Below, piece by piece: positions 49,528 to 60,106 of a stretch of DNA of 64,000 nt (the stretch's first letter is position 1; each line of letters begins with the position of its first letter). The notes beneath the pieces were generated by a model, which was given only the letters and a program-made list of their open reading frames with translations, was not told where the DNA came from and searched no databases. This DNA comes from Dehalococcoidia bacterium (GTDB lineage Bacteria > Chloroflexota > Dehalococcoidia > Lucifugimonadales > CAZENU01): NCBI GenBank assembly GCA_965117035.1, contig OZ220748.1:3519392-3583391 (forward strand), read 5' to 3'. Position numbers and translations under genes: made by a program.

Positions 49528-50685
49528 CTACCAGTTCGTAAAGGCGCCGTCGTTCCTGCGCAGCAGGGGCGGCCACCCGCCCGGCTTCGCCGCTTTGGAC
49601 TCGGCGACCGACTCGTCTATCTCGACCCCGAGGCCGGGCCTGTCGGGCGCGAAGGCGTAGCCGTCCGCCCAGTCGATCTGCTCGGGGAACAGGTCGCGGT
49701 GCTCGCTGCCGGGGCGCCGGGGCATCTCCTGCACGCCGACGTTGGTCGAGGCCATGCACAGCGCGACGCAGGCGGCGGCGCTGACCGGGCCCAGCGGGTT
49801 GTGCGGCGCGATGTCGATGTAGTGCGTCTCGGCCCAGTGCGTGATCTTCATTGCCTCGGTCAGCCCGCCCACGTTGCAGACGTCGATCCGGGCGTAGCTG
49901 ATCAACTCCTCCTCGATCACCTCGCGGAAGTGCCACTTGCTCGTCCACTGCTCGCCGGCCGCGATCGGGAGTCTCATGTGTCGGGCGAGCGTGCGGTAGC
50001 TGCCGTGGTTCTCCGAGCGCAGCGGGTCCTCGATGAAGAAGGGCTTGTACGGCTCCATGTCCCTGCACATGGCGACGACGTGGGCGGTGTCGAGCCGGGT
50101 GTGCACGTCAAGGCAGATCTGGACGTCGGGGCCGACGGCCTCTCGCACGGCCGCCATCTCCTCCACCGCGATGCGCATCGACTCGACCGGCTCGAGGCGG
50201 CTCACGCCGTCCTCGGAGATGCCCGTCTCCGACTGTCCCCAGCGCACGAACTTCCAGCCCTCGTCGACCAGCCCCTGGCAGCTCTCGACCAGCTCGGCCG
50301 TGCTGCCGCCGCCGGCGTGCGGGTAGCAGACGACCTTGTCGCGCACGGGCCCGCCGAGCAGCTTGTAGACGGGCAGGCCGACCGCCTTGCCCTTGATGTC
50401 CCACAGGGCGATGTCGATGGCGCTGACCGCGCAGGAGTAGACGCCCTCAGCCGGGAAGAACGAGCCGCGGAACATGTGCTGCCACAGCCGCTCCGTGGCG
50501 AACGGGTCCTCGCCGATCACGAGCTCGGAGAGATGCTCGACGGCCTTTTCGATAGCGGCCGCCCAGCGGATCATCCCGACCTCGCCGAGGCCGGATATGC
50601 CGGCGTCCGTCTCGACCTTCACGAAGAACATCGCCCTTCCGTGCTCGCCCATGACGTTCATGCTCTTGACGTTCGTCACCTTCAT
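49528..50685 (-). CDS. Enolase-superfamily dehydratase (D-galactonate/D-mannonate dehydratase-like)
   Basis: ATG at 50685 (MKVTNVKSM...). AIDIALWDIKGKAVGLPVYKLLGG; metal-ligand segments CLDVH, FIEDP, AAGEQ. The upstream 61 codons of the track ORF were rejected. Confidence 0.85.
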   Translation of the reverse strand: MKVTNVKSMNVMGEHGRAMFFVKVETDAGISGLGEVGMIRWAAAIEKAVEHLSELVIGEDPFATERLWQHMFRGSFFPAEGVYSCAVSAIDIALWDIKGKAVGLPVYKLLGGPVRDKVVCYPHAGGGSTAELVESCQGLVDEGWKFVRWGQSETGISEDGVSRLEPVESMRIAVEEMAAVREAVGPDVQICLDVHTRLDTAHVVAMCRDMEPYKPFFIEDPLRSENHGSYRTLARHMRLPIAAGEQWTSKWHFREVIEEELISYARIDVCNVGGLTEAMKITHWAETHYIDIAPHNPLGPVSAAACVALCMASTNVGVQEMPRRPGSEHRDLFPEQIDWADGYAFAPDRPGLGVEIDESVAESKAAKPGGWPPLLRRNDGAFTNW

Positions 50686-50824
50686 GACTGGCTCCTCCGC
50701 GCAGGGGAATGCGGCCGCGACGGCCTCAACGATATGCGGCGAGCACGGGCCGGTCAAGCGGTCCGGTGGACGCAGGCTCGTCCGGCTCGCGATTCCCGTA
50801 TAATGCGGCCCCAACCTGGGCTGA

Positions 50825-51025
50825 GTGGAGACCCGAATGGAATTCCTGCTTTGGCCGCTGGCCGTCATACCAACGGCAATCTACTTCGCGCCGACGATCA
50901 TTGCCGTGCTCAGGCGCAAGCGGAACTGGCTCGCCATCTTCCTGGTCAACCTGTTCTTCGGCTGGACGATAGTCGGCTGGATCCTGGCGCTGATCTGGTC
51001 CGTATTGCACGAGGAGCGCCGGTAG
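50825..51025 (+). CDS. Superinfection-immunity (Imm)-like small membrane protein
   Basis: YFAPTIIAVLRRKRNWLAIFLVNLFFGWTIVGWILALIWSV matches the Imm_superinfect pattern (YFLPxxIAxxRxHxNxxAIxxxNLLLGWTxxGWxxALxWA) from memory. The start may be ATG 50837. Confidence 0.55.
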   Translation: METRMEFLLWPLAVIPTAIYFAPTIIAVLRRKRNWLAIFLVNLFFGWTIVGWILALIWSVLHEERR

Positions 51026-51071
51026 GTTCGCCCCAAACGACTCCCTGGAATCCTCGATTGGAGGCATAACG

Positions 51072-52241
51072 ATGGGTACCTTCGACGACGTGGGCGTGTA
51101 CGAGTTCCTGGGAGTGCCGCGGTCGATCAACGCGGTCGGCACGGGCACGGTCGTCGGGGGCTCCGGCCCGCCGGACTTCGTGCGGGAGAAGATCGAGGAG
51201 GCCAGCCGCGGCTTCGTCGACATGGGCCTGCTGCTCGAGAAGTCCGACGAGTTCGTTGCGCGGCTGCTCGAAGTCGAGGGGGCGTTCATCACGTCGGGCG
51301 GCGCCGCCGGGCTGACGATGAGCGCCGCCGCGTGCATGGCCGGCACCGACCCGGCGAAGATATCGCAGCTTCCCGACACCACCGGCATCAAGGACGAGGT
51401 GATCGTGCAGAAGAAGCGCATGCGGTCCTATGACCGGTGCATCCGGGCTGCCGGCGCGAAGCTGGTCGAAGTGGGCGACGACGCCTCCTGCACGATACCC
51501 CAGGTCGAGGCCGCGATAGGCCCCAACACCGCGGCCATATACTACCCCGCGCCGGCCTACGGCGCCGAGAGCGGGCTGACCAACTGGGCGCCGCCTCCCG
51601 GCGACCCGGACCTTGTCTCGCTCGACGACATGGCCGCGATAGGAAAGGCGAACGGCGTGCCCGTGTTCGTCGACGGCGCCGACAAGATATACCCGCTGGA
51701 GCTTTTCAGGAAGATCGCCGGCGTCGCCGACCTGGCGGCGTTCGGCGGCAAGTACTACGGCGGGCCCAACGCGAGCGGCATCGTCTTCGGCCGCAAGGAC
51801 ATGGTCGAGGCGGTGGCGGCCCAGAGCTTCATCCCGACCGTGGGCGGGCTCGGCGTCGGGCGGTCGATGAAGTCGGACCGGCAGCAGATCGTCGCGACGG
51901 TCGTTGCGCTGGACGCCTGGTTCAACATGAACCACGAGGAGCGCATCCAGACCTACGATACCCGCGCCCATACCATCGCGAAGGGCCTGGAGGGCATCCC
52001 CGGCCTGGACCCGCAGCTCACGTGGCGCAGCGACACCTACTACGGCTCGTTCGTCACGCTGAAGCTGGACACCGAGACGCTGGGCAAGACGGCCGGCGAG
52101 ATATCGGACGAGCTGCTCTACGGCGAGCCGTCTATCCTGATGCGGGCCCCGGCGGAGGACAAGATGTGGGTGTGGGTCTACACCCTGCTCGACGGCGAGG
52201 AACAGATCATCGTCGACCGCCTGCGGGAGGTGCTGGCGTAA
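51072..52241 (+). CDS. SelA-like (L-seryl-tRNA(Sec) selenium transferase-related) PLP-dependent enzyme
   Basis: 389 aa. INAVGTGTVVGGS, TSGGAAGL and the Lys segment FGGKYYGGPNASGIV resemble the SelA-like/DgaE family. Confidence 0.7.
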   Translation: MGTFDDVGVYEFLGVPRSINAVGTGTVVGGSGPPDFVREKIEEASRGFVDMGLLLEKSDEFVARLLEVEGAFITSGGAAGLTMSAAACMAGTDPAKISQLPDTTGIKDEVIVQKKRMRSYDRCIRAAGAKLVEVGDDASCTIPQVEAAIGPNTAAIYYPAPAYGAESGLTNWAPPPGDPDLVSLDDMAAIGKANGVPVFVDGADKIYPLELFRKIAGVADLAAFGGKYYGGPNASGIVFGRKDMVEAVAAQSFIPTVGGLGVGRSMKSDRQQIVATVVALDAWFNMNHEERIQTYDTRAHTIAKGLEGIPGLDPQLTWRSDTYYGSFVTLKLDTETLGKTAGEISDELLYGEPSILMRAPAEDKMWVWVYTLLDGEEQIIVDRLREVLA

Positions 52242-52401
52242 GAGCGTGGCCCCCGGCGTAGCGGCGGGTTTGTAACCCGCCCTCCCGGTGGAGCCTCATC
52301 TACATCGCCGGCGAGCGTCGCTCGCGAATGTCCATCCTCTCGTGCCTGGACACTTGCGGGCCGGAGTCACGCTCCCCTCGGACTTCCCGTCGAGGTCGGA
52401 G

Positions 52402-52542
52402 CTAGAAGAGCAATACGAGCGCGGCTATGACGACCAGCAGCGCGAGGCCGGTCATGTATACGCCCATGATGTGGTTCGTGCCCCACATCGCGGCCGCGGG
52501 CTGGGGGTCGTCGACGCCGTGGTCTTCTTCGTGGTGTCCCAT
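52402..52542 (-). CDS. Possible 46-aa His/acidic-headed single-TM micro-protein (below ORF-track cutoff)
   Basis: The minus strand reads AGAGGTCAGGAA-ATG, then MGHHEEDHGVDDPQPAAAMWGTNHIMGVYMTGLALLVVIAALVLLF, stop TAG. The RBS-like purine tract and hydrophobic C-terminus are the only support. Confidence 0.3.
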   Translation of the reverse strand: MGHHEEDHGVDDPQPAAAMWGTNHIMGVYMTGLALLVVIAALVLLF

Positions 52543-52614
52543 TTCCTGACCTCTGGTCGTACAGGATCGCCCCTAGCCTAACATTCCCGGCGGGCGCGCA
52601 GCCAGCGCCGCGGC

Positions 52615-52960
52615 CCAGTGTCGCGTGGCCCCCACCCCAAGTCCCTCACTTCGTTCGGGACGACAGTGCGGCGTCGCGCAGCGAGGAGTCACCAGCCAAT
52701 GTCGCCCTGAGCGAAGCCGAAGGGCCTGGGGCGGGGCGATATCGCGTCGTGGGGCAGTGTCGCGTGGCCCCCACCCCAGATCCCTCACTTCGTTCGGGAC
52801 GACAGTGCGGCGTCGCGCAGCGAGGAGTCACCAGCCAATGTCGCCCTGAGCGAAGCCGAAGGGCCTGGGGCGGGGCGATATCGCGTCGTGGGGCAGTGTC
52901 GCGTGGCCACCACCCCCAGGTCCCTCACTTCGTTCGGGACGACAGGGCGCCCTCATGCTG
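52615..52960. repeat. Tandem array of the long-hairpin family, 139-bp unit x about 2.5
   Basis: TCGCGTGGCC recurs at 52621, 52760 and 52899. The arms are GTCGCCCTGAGCGAAGCCGAAGGGCCTGGGGCGGGG ... CCCCACCCCAGATCCCTCACTTCGTTCGGGACGAC. The last partial unit provides the 3' end of the UDG gene. Confidence 0.8.
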
Positions 52961-53641
52961 ACTCCAGGCGAGCGCTTCCTTTGCGCTGCGGAAGGCGTCG
53001 GTGAGCATCTGCTGCGTGAGGCGGCCGGTCTGGGTGTTCTGGCGGCTGGGGTGGTAGGAGGCCATGAGCGTGACGTCCCCCATGTCGTACGCGGCGCCGT
53101 GGGCGAACGGCGGCCGCGGCCTGGGAATGTCGACGCCCGCGTCGCGGTACGCCGCGATCACGCCGTCGAAGGCGATCCTGCCCAGCGCCATGACGACCCG
53201 GACCCTGCGCAGCAGCGAAAGCTCGGCGACCAGGTACCGGCGGCAGTTGTCCAGCTCCTCCCGGAGCGGCCTGTTGCCGGGCGGGGCGCATCGCGCGACT
53301 GCCGTGACGTACGCGTCGTCGAGCCTCATGCCGTCGTCCCGGCCGCGCGATATCGGCGAGCTCGCGAACCCCAGCTCGTGCAGCGTGGTGAACAGGAAGT
53401 CGCCGCTGCGGTCGCCGGTGAACATCCGGCCCGTCCTGTTCGCCCCGTGGGCGGCTGGCGCCAGGCCGACGATCAGCAGCCGCGCGTCCGGGTCGCCGAA
53501 GGAGGGCAGGGGACGGCCCCAGTAGTCCCAGTCGGCGTACATGCGCCGCTTCGCGCGCGCCACCGTTTCCCGGTGTTCCACCAGCCTGGGACAGCGCGTG
53601 CAGCCGACGACCTCGCGCCGCACGTCCGGGAGGGTGTCCAT
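52925..53641 (-). CDS. Uracil-DNA glycosylase, family 5 (UdgB-like, 4Fe-4S)
   Basis: CTRCPRL Fe-S Cys. GLAPAAHGANRTGRMFTGD is the family-5 motif, with Ala in place of the family-4 catalytic acid. SYHPSRQN. Confidence 0.85.
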   Translation of the reverse strand: MDTLPDVRREVVGCTRCPRLVEHRETVARAKRRMYADWDYWGRPLPSFGDPDARLLIVGLAPAAHGANRTGRMFTGDRSGDFLFTTLHELGFASSPISRGRDDGMRLDDAYVTAVARCAPPGNRPLREELDNCRRYLVAELSLLRRVRVVMALGRIAFDGVIAAYRDAGVDIPRPRPPFAHGAAYDMGDVTLMASYHPSRQNTQTGRLTQQMLTDAFRSAKEALAWSQHEGALSSRTK

Positions 53642-53660
53642 CGCCCGCGGCAGCCGCCGG

Positions 53661-54419
53661 TCACAGGTCGAGATCGAGGAGATCGATCGCGTTCAGGCCC
53701 AGGACGCGGCGCTTGGCGTCGTCGGAGATATCGGCGGTCAGCACCTTGGCGATCTCGCGCCGGGCGTCGAGCAGCGGCATGTCGGTGCCGAACAGGACCC
53801 GGTCGGCGCCGGCGCCCTCGACCGAGTGCTGCACGGCGCGGTGCGTCCCCGGCGACGAGCAGGTCTCCATCCAGACGTTGGGCAGCGTGCGCGCGGCGTT
53901 GATCGCGTCCTCCCCGCCTCCGCCGGCGGCGTGGGCCATGACCCACTTGATCCGCGGGAAGCGCTCGTACAGCCCCGTGTAGCGCTCGGTGATCGACACG
54001 GCGGCGTCCGACCCGTCGGCCAGTATCGCGTGGCTCATGATGGGCAGTCCGCGGCCGTTCACCCACTCGAAGATCTGGTCCCAGATCGGGTCCTCGAGCG
54101 GCTTGCCTATGTAGTCGGGATATATCTTGATGAACTTCGCGCCGAGCACGTCGAACGCCCGCTCCAGCTCGGGGGCGACCTCCTCGGGGTACAGCGGCGT
54201 GACGAACGCGGCGAAGAAGAGGCGGCCGGGATGTCTCGCGGCGAACGCGGCGGCCTTGTCGTTGCCGCGTCGCGCGTCGGCCATGAAAGGTATGTTGATG
54301 CACGCCGCGTCGATGCCGGCGGCGTCCATGATCCTCATGAACCTGTCGGGCTCGTCGTCGACGCGTACGCGGCCCATCCGGCCGCAGTGGGCGTGGAAGT
54401 CTACTACCGGCGTGTCCAC
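53661..54419 (-). CDS. Amidohydrolase-2 family metal hydrolase (HxH-containing subunit)
   Basis: VVDFHAHCG, HAILAD, and FGTDMPLLD...RRVLGLNA, typical of PF04909. Confidence 0.8.
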   Translation of the reverse strand: MDTPVVDFHAHCGRMGRVRVDDEPDRFMRIMDAAGIDAACINIPFMADARRGNDKAAAFAARHPGRLFFAAFVTPLYPEEVAPELERAFDVLGAKFIKIYPDYIGKPLEDPIWDQIFEWVNGRGLPIMSHAILADGSDAAVSITERYTGLYERFPRIKWVMAHAAGGGGEDAINAARTLPNVWMETCSSPGTHRAVQHSVEGAGADRVLFGTDMPLLDARREIAKVLTADISDDAKRRVLGLNAIDLLDLDL

Positions 54420-54423
54420 CGTG

Positions 54424-55227
54424 TCACCTCATCCCCAGCAGGCGCTCCAGGTTGCGGGCGCAGATGTCCCGGAGGTCCGAATCGCCCAGTCCGCTGCGGT
54501 GCAGGCTGTAGAGCTGGAGCGGGATGTCCGAGTCCGGGAACCGCGAGCCGAACAGCACGCGCCGGGCCCCGATCGTGTCGACCAGCTCGGTCACTCCGCC
54601 GGTCTGCACCGACCTCGATATCTCGATGTGGACGTTGGGCAGCCTGCGCAGCAGCGCCAGCGCCCAGGGCATGTCGTTGTACCGCACCTCGCTCAGCACG
54701 AAGGCGACCTCCGGGAACGCGGAGGCGGTGGCGTGCACCTCCTTCGGATCGATCGTGCCGTCGCTCAGCCAGGGGGCGTCCGTGTCGGTGGGCAGCCAGG
54801 CCGGTATCCGCGCTTCGGCGAGCCAGGCCATCCAGTCCTCCACGACCCAGTCGACGAGCGGGTAGTTGTGGGCCCTGGGGAACAGCCGGATGGACCGCAC
54901 GCCCGTCTCCTCGACGCGGGCGGCGAACTCGCCGAGGTCGTCCCAGGTCGGGTTGGCGACCATCTGCGGCACGATCCTGGGCTCGCCCGCGATCGCCTCG
55001 ATCAGGATGTCGTTGCCCTCGCGGGAGTCGTAGTTAACGGCGTGAGGAGAGTAGGCGAGCGCCCTGTCGATCCCGGCGCGGTCCATCGCCGCGAGCGTGT
55101 CCTGGACATTGTCGACGGCGACGCGCCGGTTGTGGCGGCGTCCAAGCGAGATGTTGGCGTCGAAGACGGGTACGGCAGGCTTGAAGTCGAGATCGACCTC
55201 GGACATCCGGACGACACTCCTGGGCAA
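54424..55227 (-). CDS. Amidohydrolase-2-like protein lacking the N-terminal HxH motif (partner subunit)
   Basis: VFDANISLG replaces HxH. The C-terminal FGSRFPDSD...ICARNLERLL retains the fold pattern. It ends 4 nt before the next gene. Confidence 0.75.
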   Translation of the reverse strand: MPRSVVRMSEVDLDFKPAVPVFDANISLGRRHNRRVAVDNVQDTLAAMDRAGIDRALAYSPHAVNYDSREGNDILIEAIAGEPRIVPQMVANPTWDDLGEFAARVEETGVRSIRLFPRAHNYPLVDWVVEDWMAWLAEARIPAWLPTDTDAPWLSDGTIDPKEVHATASAFPEVAFVLSEVRYNDMPWALALLRRLPNVHIEISRSVQTGGVTELVDTIGARRVLFGSRFPDSDIPLQLYSLHRSGLGDSDLRDICARNLERLLGMR

Positions 55228-55406
55228 TCGGGACTGCGGCGGCGGGAAGTGTATCCGAGGGCGTGTGGCCCGTCAACGACAACCGGGTCGCCCGCTTGCG
55301 CCCAGCCGGGAACCTTTTGCCGACGAGGAACGTCCCTACGTGTGAACAGGGGATGAAACCGCGATCACCACCGGTCGGAAGGGCGACACGAGCGAGGAGC
55401 AAACGC

Positions 55407-55826
55407 ATGGTCAGCAGGATAATGTTGGGGATCGCCGCGGCGCTGGTCGGAAGTCTGATGCTGCTGACAGTCGTCTCGTGCGCGGCGTCGTCCACTCCCA
55501 CGGCGCCGCCTGCACCGACACCTACTGACGAGGAGAGGAAGGTGCAGACGCCGACGGACTTCGGCTACAACACGCGAGTCGTGGACGGCGACATGCACGT
55601 CTGGTACGTGCCCACCTGCCCGCCGGTCCCGCCCGCGACCTTCGTAGCCTCCATCATCCTGACCGACCTGCGCTCCGGGTCTCACCTGTACCTGGACCGG
55701 GACGGCTCGGTCCGGACGTCTCCCGAGCCGGACTACCGCAGCGAGGAGGGGAGAGAGCGATTCGAGGAGGTTCTCGCGGACGACGCCCTGATGGAGCTCA
55801 TTCTCACCTTTCCCGAATGCCCATAG
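55407..55826 (+). CDS. Hypothetical lipoprotein
   Basis: ATG at 55407 follows GAGGAG. The signal plus lipobox is LLTVVSC/AASS, followed by a Pro/Thr stretch. No family recognised. Confidence 0.5.
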   Translation: MVSRIMLGIAAALVGSLMLLTVVSCAASSTPTAPPAPTPTDEERKVQTPTDFGYNTRVVDGDMHVWYVPTCPPVPPATFVASIILTDLRSGSHLYLDRDGSVRTSPEPDYRSEEGRERFEEVLADDALMELILTFPECP

Positions 55827-55953
55827 CCGCCGCCCGGGCGGTACTCGCGGCCGCGCCGGGGTTGACCTCGCGGGCGCGGCCGGTACATCATTCGCGCGTA
55901 CGCGGTGCGAGGACGCGGACGCCAGACCGGGCCGTACGGCAGCCGGGGGAGAG

Positions 55954-57006
55954 ATGCTGAAGACCAGGGCAGTGATACAGACGGCGCCGGGCGAGCCGAT
56001 CATCGTCGACGAGCTGGAGGTCCCGGACCCGAAGCCCGACCAGGTCGTGGTCAAGCTGGCGTCGTCCGGCGTCTGCCATTCGCAGCTCCACAACCTGCGG
56101 AACCCGAAGCTCGACCGGCCCATGGTGATGGGGCACGAGGGCGCGGGCGTCGTGACCCAGGTCGGCCGCGACGTCACGCACCTCAAGGAGGGCGACCGCG
56201 CCATAGTCACGTGGGTGCCGAGGAGTCCCGTGAAGGGCCGGCCGACGGTGCCGCCGCTAGGCGCCACCTACCGCGAGGAGGTCGTCCACGGCGTCGTGTA
56301 CACCTGGGGGGAGGACTCGCTGGCCTACGGCGACTACGTCGTGCCGATCGCGGATGAGCACCCGGAGGACGTCTCGTCCATCGTGGGCTGCGCCGTGCTC
56401 ACCGGCGCGGGCGCGGTGTTGAGGACGGCGCAGGTGCGGCCGGGCGAGTCGGTCGTCGTTTACGGTGTCGGGGGCGTCGGGCTGTCGGCGATCCAGATGG
56501 CGTCGATCCTCGAGGCCTACCCGATCATCGCCGTTGACCTGCAGGACGAAAAGCTCGAGTTCGCCCGCGAGTTCGGCGCGACCCACACCGTCAACTCCGC
56601 CGAGCAGGACCCGATCGAGTACATCGCCGACGTAACGGGGGGCGGGGCGGACTACGCATTCGACGCGGTCGGCGTGCGCCAGACGAGCGAGCAGATACTG
56701 CCCTCGACGCGCGGGGGCGGGCCGGGCGCCGACAACCACGGCGGCATGGCCGTGCTGATCGGAATGCCGTCGCCGGAGATTACAATCGATCCGGGGCTGT
56801 TCATGTACCACCAGCGCATCTACCGCGGCAGCCTGGGCGCGACGTACCCCGACAGGGACTTCGAGATGTACCTGCGCTGGCACGCCGAGGGCAAGTTCCC
56901 CCTGGACCGGCTGGTCAGCCGCCGCTACAGGCTCGACGACGTGGTCGAAGCCTGCGACGACCTGGAGCACGGCCGCATCCTCGGCCGCGGCATCATCGAG
57001 TACTAG
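55954..57006 (+). CDS. Zinc-dependent alcohol dehydrogenase (class III-like MDR)
   Basis: GVCHSQLH, GHEGAGVVTQVG, GVGGVGLSAIQ. Confidence 0.85.
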   Translation: MLKTRAVIQTAPGEPIIVDELEVPDPKPDQVVVKLASSGVCHSQLHNLRNPKLDRPMVMGHEGAGVVTQVGRDVTHLKEGDRAIVTWVPRSPVKGRPTVPPLGATYREEVVHGVVYTWGEDSLAYGDYVVPIADEHPEDVSSIVGCAVLTGAGAVLRTAQVRPGESVVVYGVGGVGLSAIQMASILEAYPIIAVDLQDEKLEFAREFGATHTVNSAEQDPIEYIADVTGGGADYAFDAVGVRQTSEQILPSTRGGGPGADNHGGMAVLIGMPSPEITIDPGLFMYHQRIYRGSLGATYPDRDFEMYLRWHAEGKFPLDRLVSRRYRLDDVVEACDDLEHGRILGRGIIEY

Positions 57007-57030
57007 GCTGGACGCCCCTCACCCGGCGAC

Positions 57031-57768
57031 ATGACGCGTCTCGACGGCAAGACAGCCATCATTACCGGCGGCGGCACGGGCATCGGCAAGGGCGTTGCGC
57101 GCGCCCTAGCCGCCGAGGGCGCAACCGTCGTAATCGCCTCGCGGAACACGGCCGTTCTCGAGGCCGCCGCGGCGGAGCTCCGGGAGGAAGGCGGCCAGGT
57201 CGACGCCATCGGTACCGACGTGACCGACGAGTCGCAGGTGGACGCGCTGTTCGGAGATATAGACCGGCGCTTCGGCCGGCTGGACCTCCTGGTAAACAAC
57301 TCGGGCGCCTTCGAGTTCGCGCCGCTGGACGAGATGACGCTCGCCCAATGGCGGCAGCTCCTGGACGTCAACATGACCGGCGTCTTCCTGTGCACCCGCG
57401 CGGCGCTGCGGAGGATGAAGCGCCAGGGCGGCGGCAGGATCATCAACATCGGGAGCATCTCCGCAACGAAGCCCCGCGTGGGGCAGGCGGGATACGGCGC
57501 CACGAAGGCGGCCGTGATCTCCCTGACGCGAGCGACGGCCCTGGAGGGCCGCCCCCACGGCATATCGGCAGGGTGCATCAACCCGGGTCTCGTCGACGTC
57601 TCGGACAGCGGCGTCTACACCGAGAGCAGGCCGCTGCGCGACGAGCCGAGCATCTCGCCGGCAGAGATCGCGGAGGCTGCCGTGTCGATGGCGACACTGC
57701 CCGCGGGCGTCAACATGCTGGACGTGACGGTGCTGCCGACGCGCCAGGTATTCGTCGGACGCGGCTAG
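57031..57768 (+). CDS. Short-chain dehydrogenase/reductase
   Basis: TGGGTGIGKG, NNSGA, GYGATKAA (YxxxK). Confidence 0.85.
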   Translation: MTRLDGKTAIITGGGTGIGKGVARALAAEGATVVIASRNTAVLEAAAAELREEGGQVDAIGTDVTDESQVDALFGDIDRRFGRLDLLVNNSGAFEFAPLDEMTLAQWRQLLDVNMTGVFLCTRAALRRMKRQGGGRIINIGSISATKPRVGQAGYGATKAAVISLTRATALEGRPHGISAGCINPGLVDVSDSGVYTESRPLRDEPSISPAEIAEAAVSMATLPAGVNMLDVTVLPTRQVFVGRG

Positions 57769-57829
57769 CCTGTCAGGCTGCGAGTCCGGCCGTCGCGCCG
57801 TGCTACAATCGAAATCGCCGGCTCGACGA

Positions 57830-57904
57830 GCCAACGTAGCTCAGAGGCAGAGCAGCTGTTTCGTAAACAGCAGGCCGTGGGTTCGATTCCCACCGTTGGC
57901 TCCA
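57830..57904 (+). tRNA. tRNA-Thr (anticodon CGU), CCA encoded
   Basis: Hand-folded: acceptor GCCAACG/CGTTGGC, D arm GCTC-AGAGGCA-GAGC, anticodon stem GCTGT/ACAGC with loop TTCGTAA, T arm GTGGG-TTCGATT-CCCAC, discriminator T, CCA. Confidence 0.9.
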
Positions 57905-57978
57905 GCCCACTTGGACATCGCGGATGCGCGGCCGTTGGACTCCTCTGGCGGCGCCGCATCACGGAGCGACGGTGACGC

Positions 57979-58428
57979 GTGGTTTCCACCAACCCATACG
58001 GCGCCAGGACTCGGCGCCCTGGTCTCTGGGCGTCGCTGTTCGCCGCCGGCGTCGCGGTCGTCCTCGCGGTAGTCATGGCCGCGTGCTCGGACGATGAGCC
58101 GCCGCCGACCAGCGTTCCCGCGGCGACTCCGGTCGACTACTCCCCGGGACGTCTCGCCTGCGTCCAGATGCGGGTGACCGCTCTGCGGGTCGCCAGGCAG
58201 AGACTTGCGGGTCTCCCGGAAGAGCGGTACCGGGCCGCGCTCGAGCAGGTCGCGGCCGACTACCGGGTCGCGGCACAGCTCGCCGGAGACGCGGAGCCGG
58301 AGATCAGGGACGCGATGGCGCGGCTCGCCCGGACGTTCGAGGCGCTCGAAGAGGTCGATCCGGACGAGATTCTCAAGGCGCCGGCGCTCGCCAGGGACGC
58401 CTGCAGGGCCGCGGGATACGCCGAATAG
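57979..58428 (+). CDS. Hypothetical lipoprotein
   Basis: 149 aa with a non-ATG start. LAVVMAAC/SDDEPPP lipobox; helical Ala/Arg-rich body; no family recognised. Confidence 0.45.
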   Translation: MVSTNPYGARTRRPGLWASLFAAGVAVVLAVVMAACSDDEPPPTSVPAATPVDYSPGRLACVQMRVTALRVARQRLAGLPEERYRAALEQVAADYRVAAQLAGDAEPEIRDAMARLARTFEALEEVDPDEILKAPALARDACRAAGYAE

Positions 58429-58437
58429 GCCCGCCGG

Positions 58438-58606
58438 TAACTGTTCAGAGTTGGTGAAGCGGAACGTCTGAACTGTGATTTGTGGGATTGGGATGATTGG
58501 GGCTGAGCCTCGCCCACTCTTCGTGGCGGCCCCTCGATACACCCCGACGAAGCGTCGGGGCACTCGGGGCGAACGGGTCAGGTGTCCCCTCAACTCTGAA
58601 CAGATG
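58438..58606. mobile_element. MITE-like non-autonomous element, copy D, with 8-bp direct flanking repeats
   Basis: Termini are TAACTGTTCAGAG ... CTCTGAACAGATG. CCCGCCGG lies immediately on both sides (58430-58437 and 58607-58614). The interior carries CCTCGATACACCCCGACGAAGCGTCGGGGCACTCGGGGCGAACGGG, identical to copy A. Confidence 0.65.
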
Positions 58607-58622
58607 CCCGCCGGGGTCTGCT

Positions 58623-58652
58623 TTGTACATGGTCGCGGCCGTCTGATATACT
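58623..58652 (+). promoter_or_regulatory. Candidate purA promoter
   Basis: TTGTAC-18 nt-TATACT with TG one base upstream of the -10 (extended -10). This would give a ~150-nt leader. Confidence 0.4.
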
Positions 58653-58808
58653 CGGTCGGTCTGTCGCGGAGCTTTCTGACGCCCCGACAGGGGCGTGCCG
58701 ACGCAGGGTGCCGGGCCTTCTTCCCCCATTCTCTTCGAGTCCGTGGGAGTGCTTGGCCGGCGACAGTCGCTTCCGTCAACACAGGTCGATGATGAGAGGT
58801 TGTGAATA

Positions 58809-60101
<1,293 letters not shown>

Positions 60102-60106
60102 CCGAC

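Noticed and set aside
52263-52281. Hairpin GGCGGGTT-tgt-AACCCGCC, preceded by GTAG, after the SelA-like gene (terminator or REP?)
   Set aside because: There is no U-tract and only a single copy in the window. This is insufficient to call either a terminator or a REP element.
58653-58808. Possible riboswitch in the ~150-nt purA leader
   Set aside because: It contains a hairpin (ACGCCCC-gaca-GGGGCGT), but I recognise no purine, ZTP or other riboswitch core. The promoter call itself is tentative.
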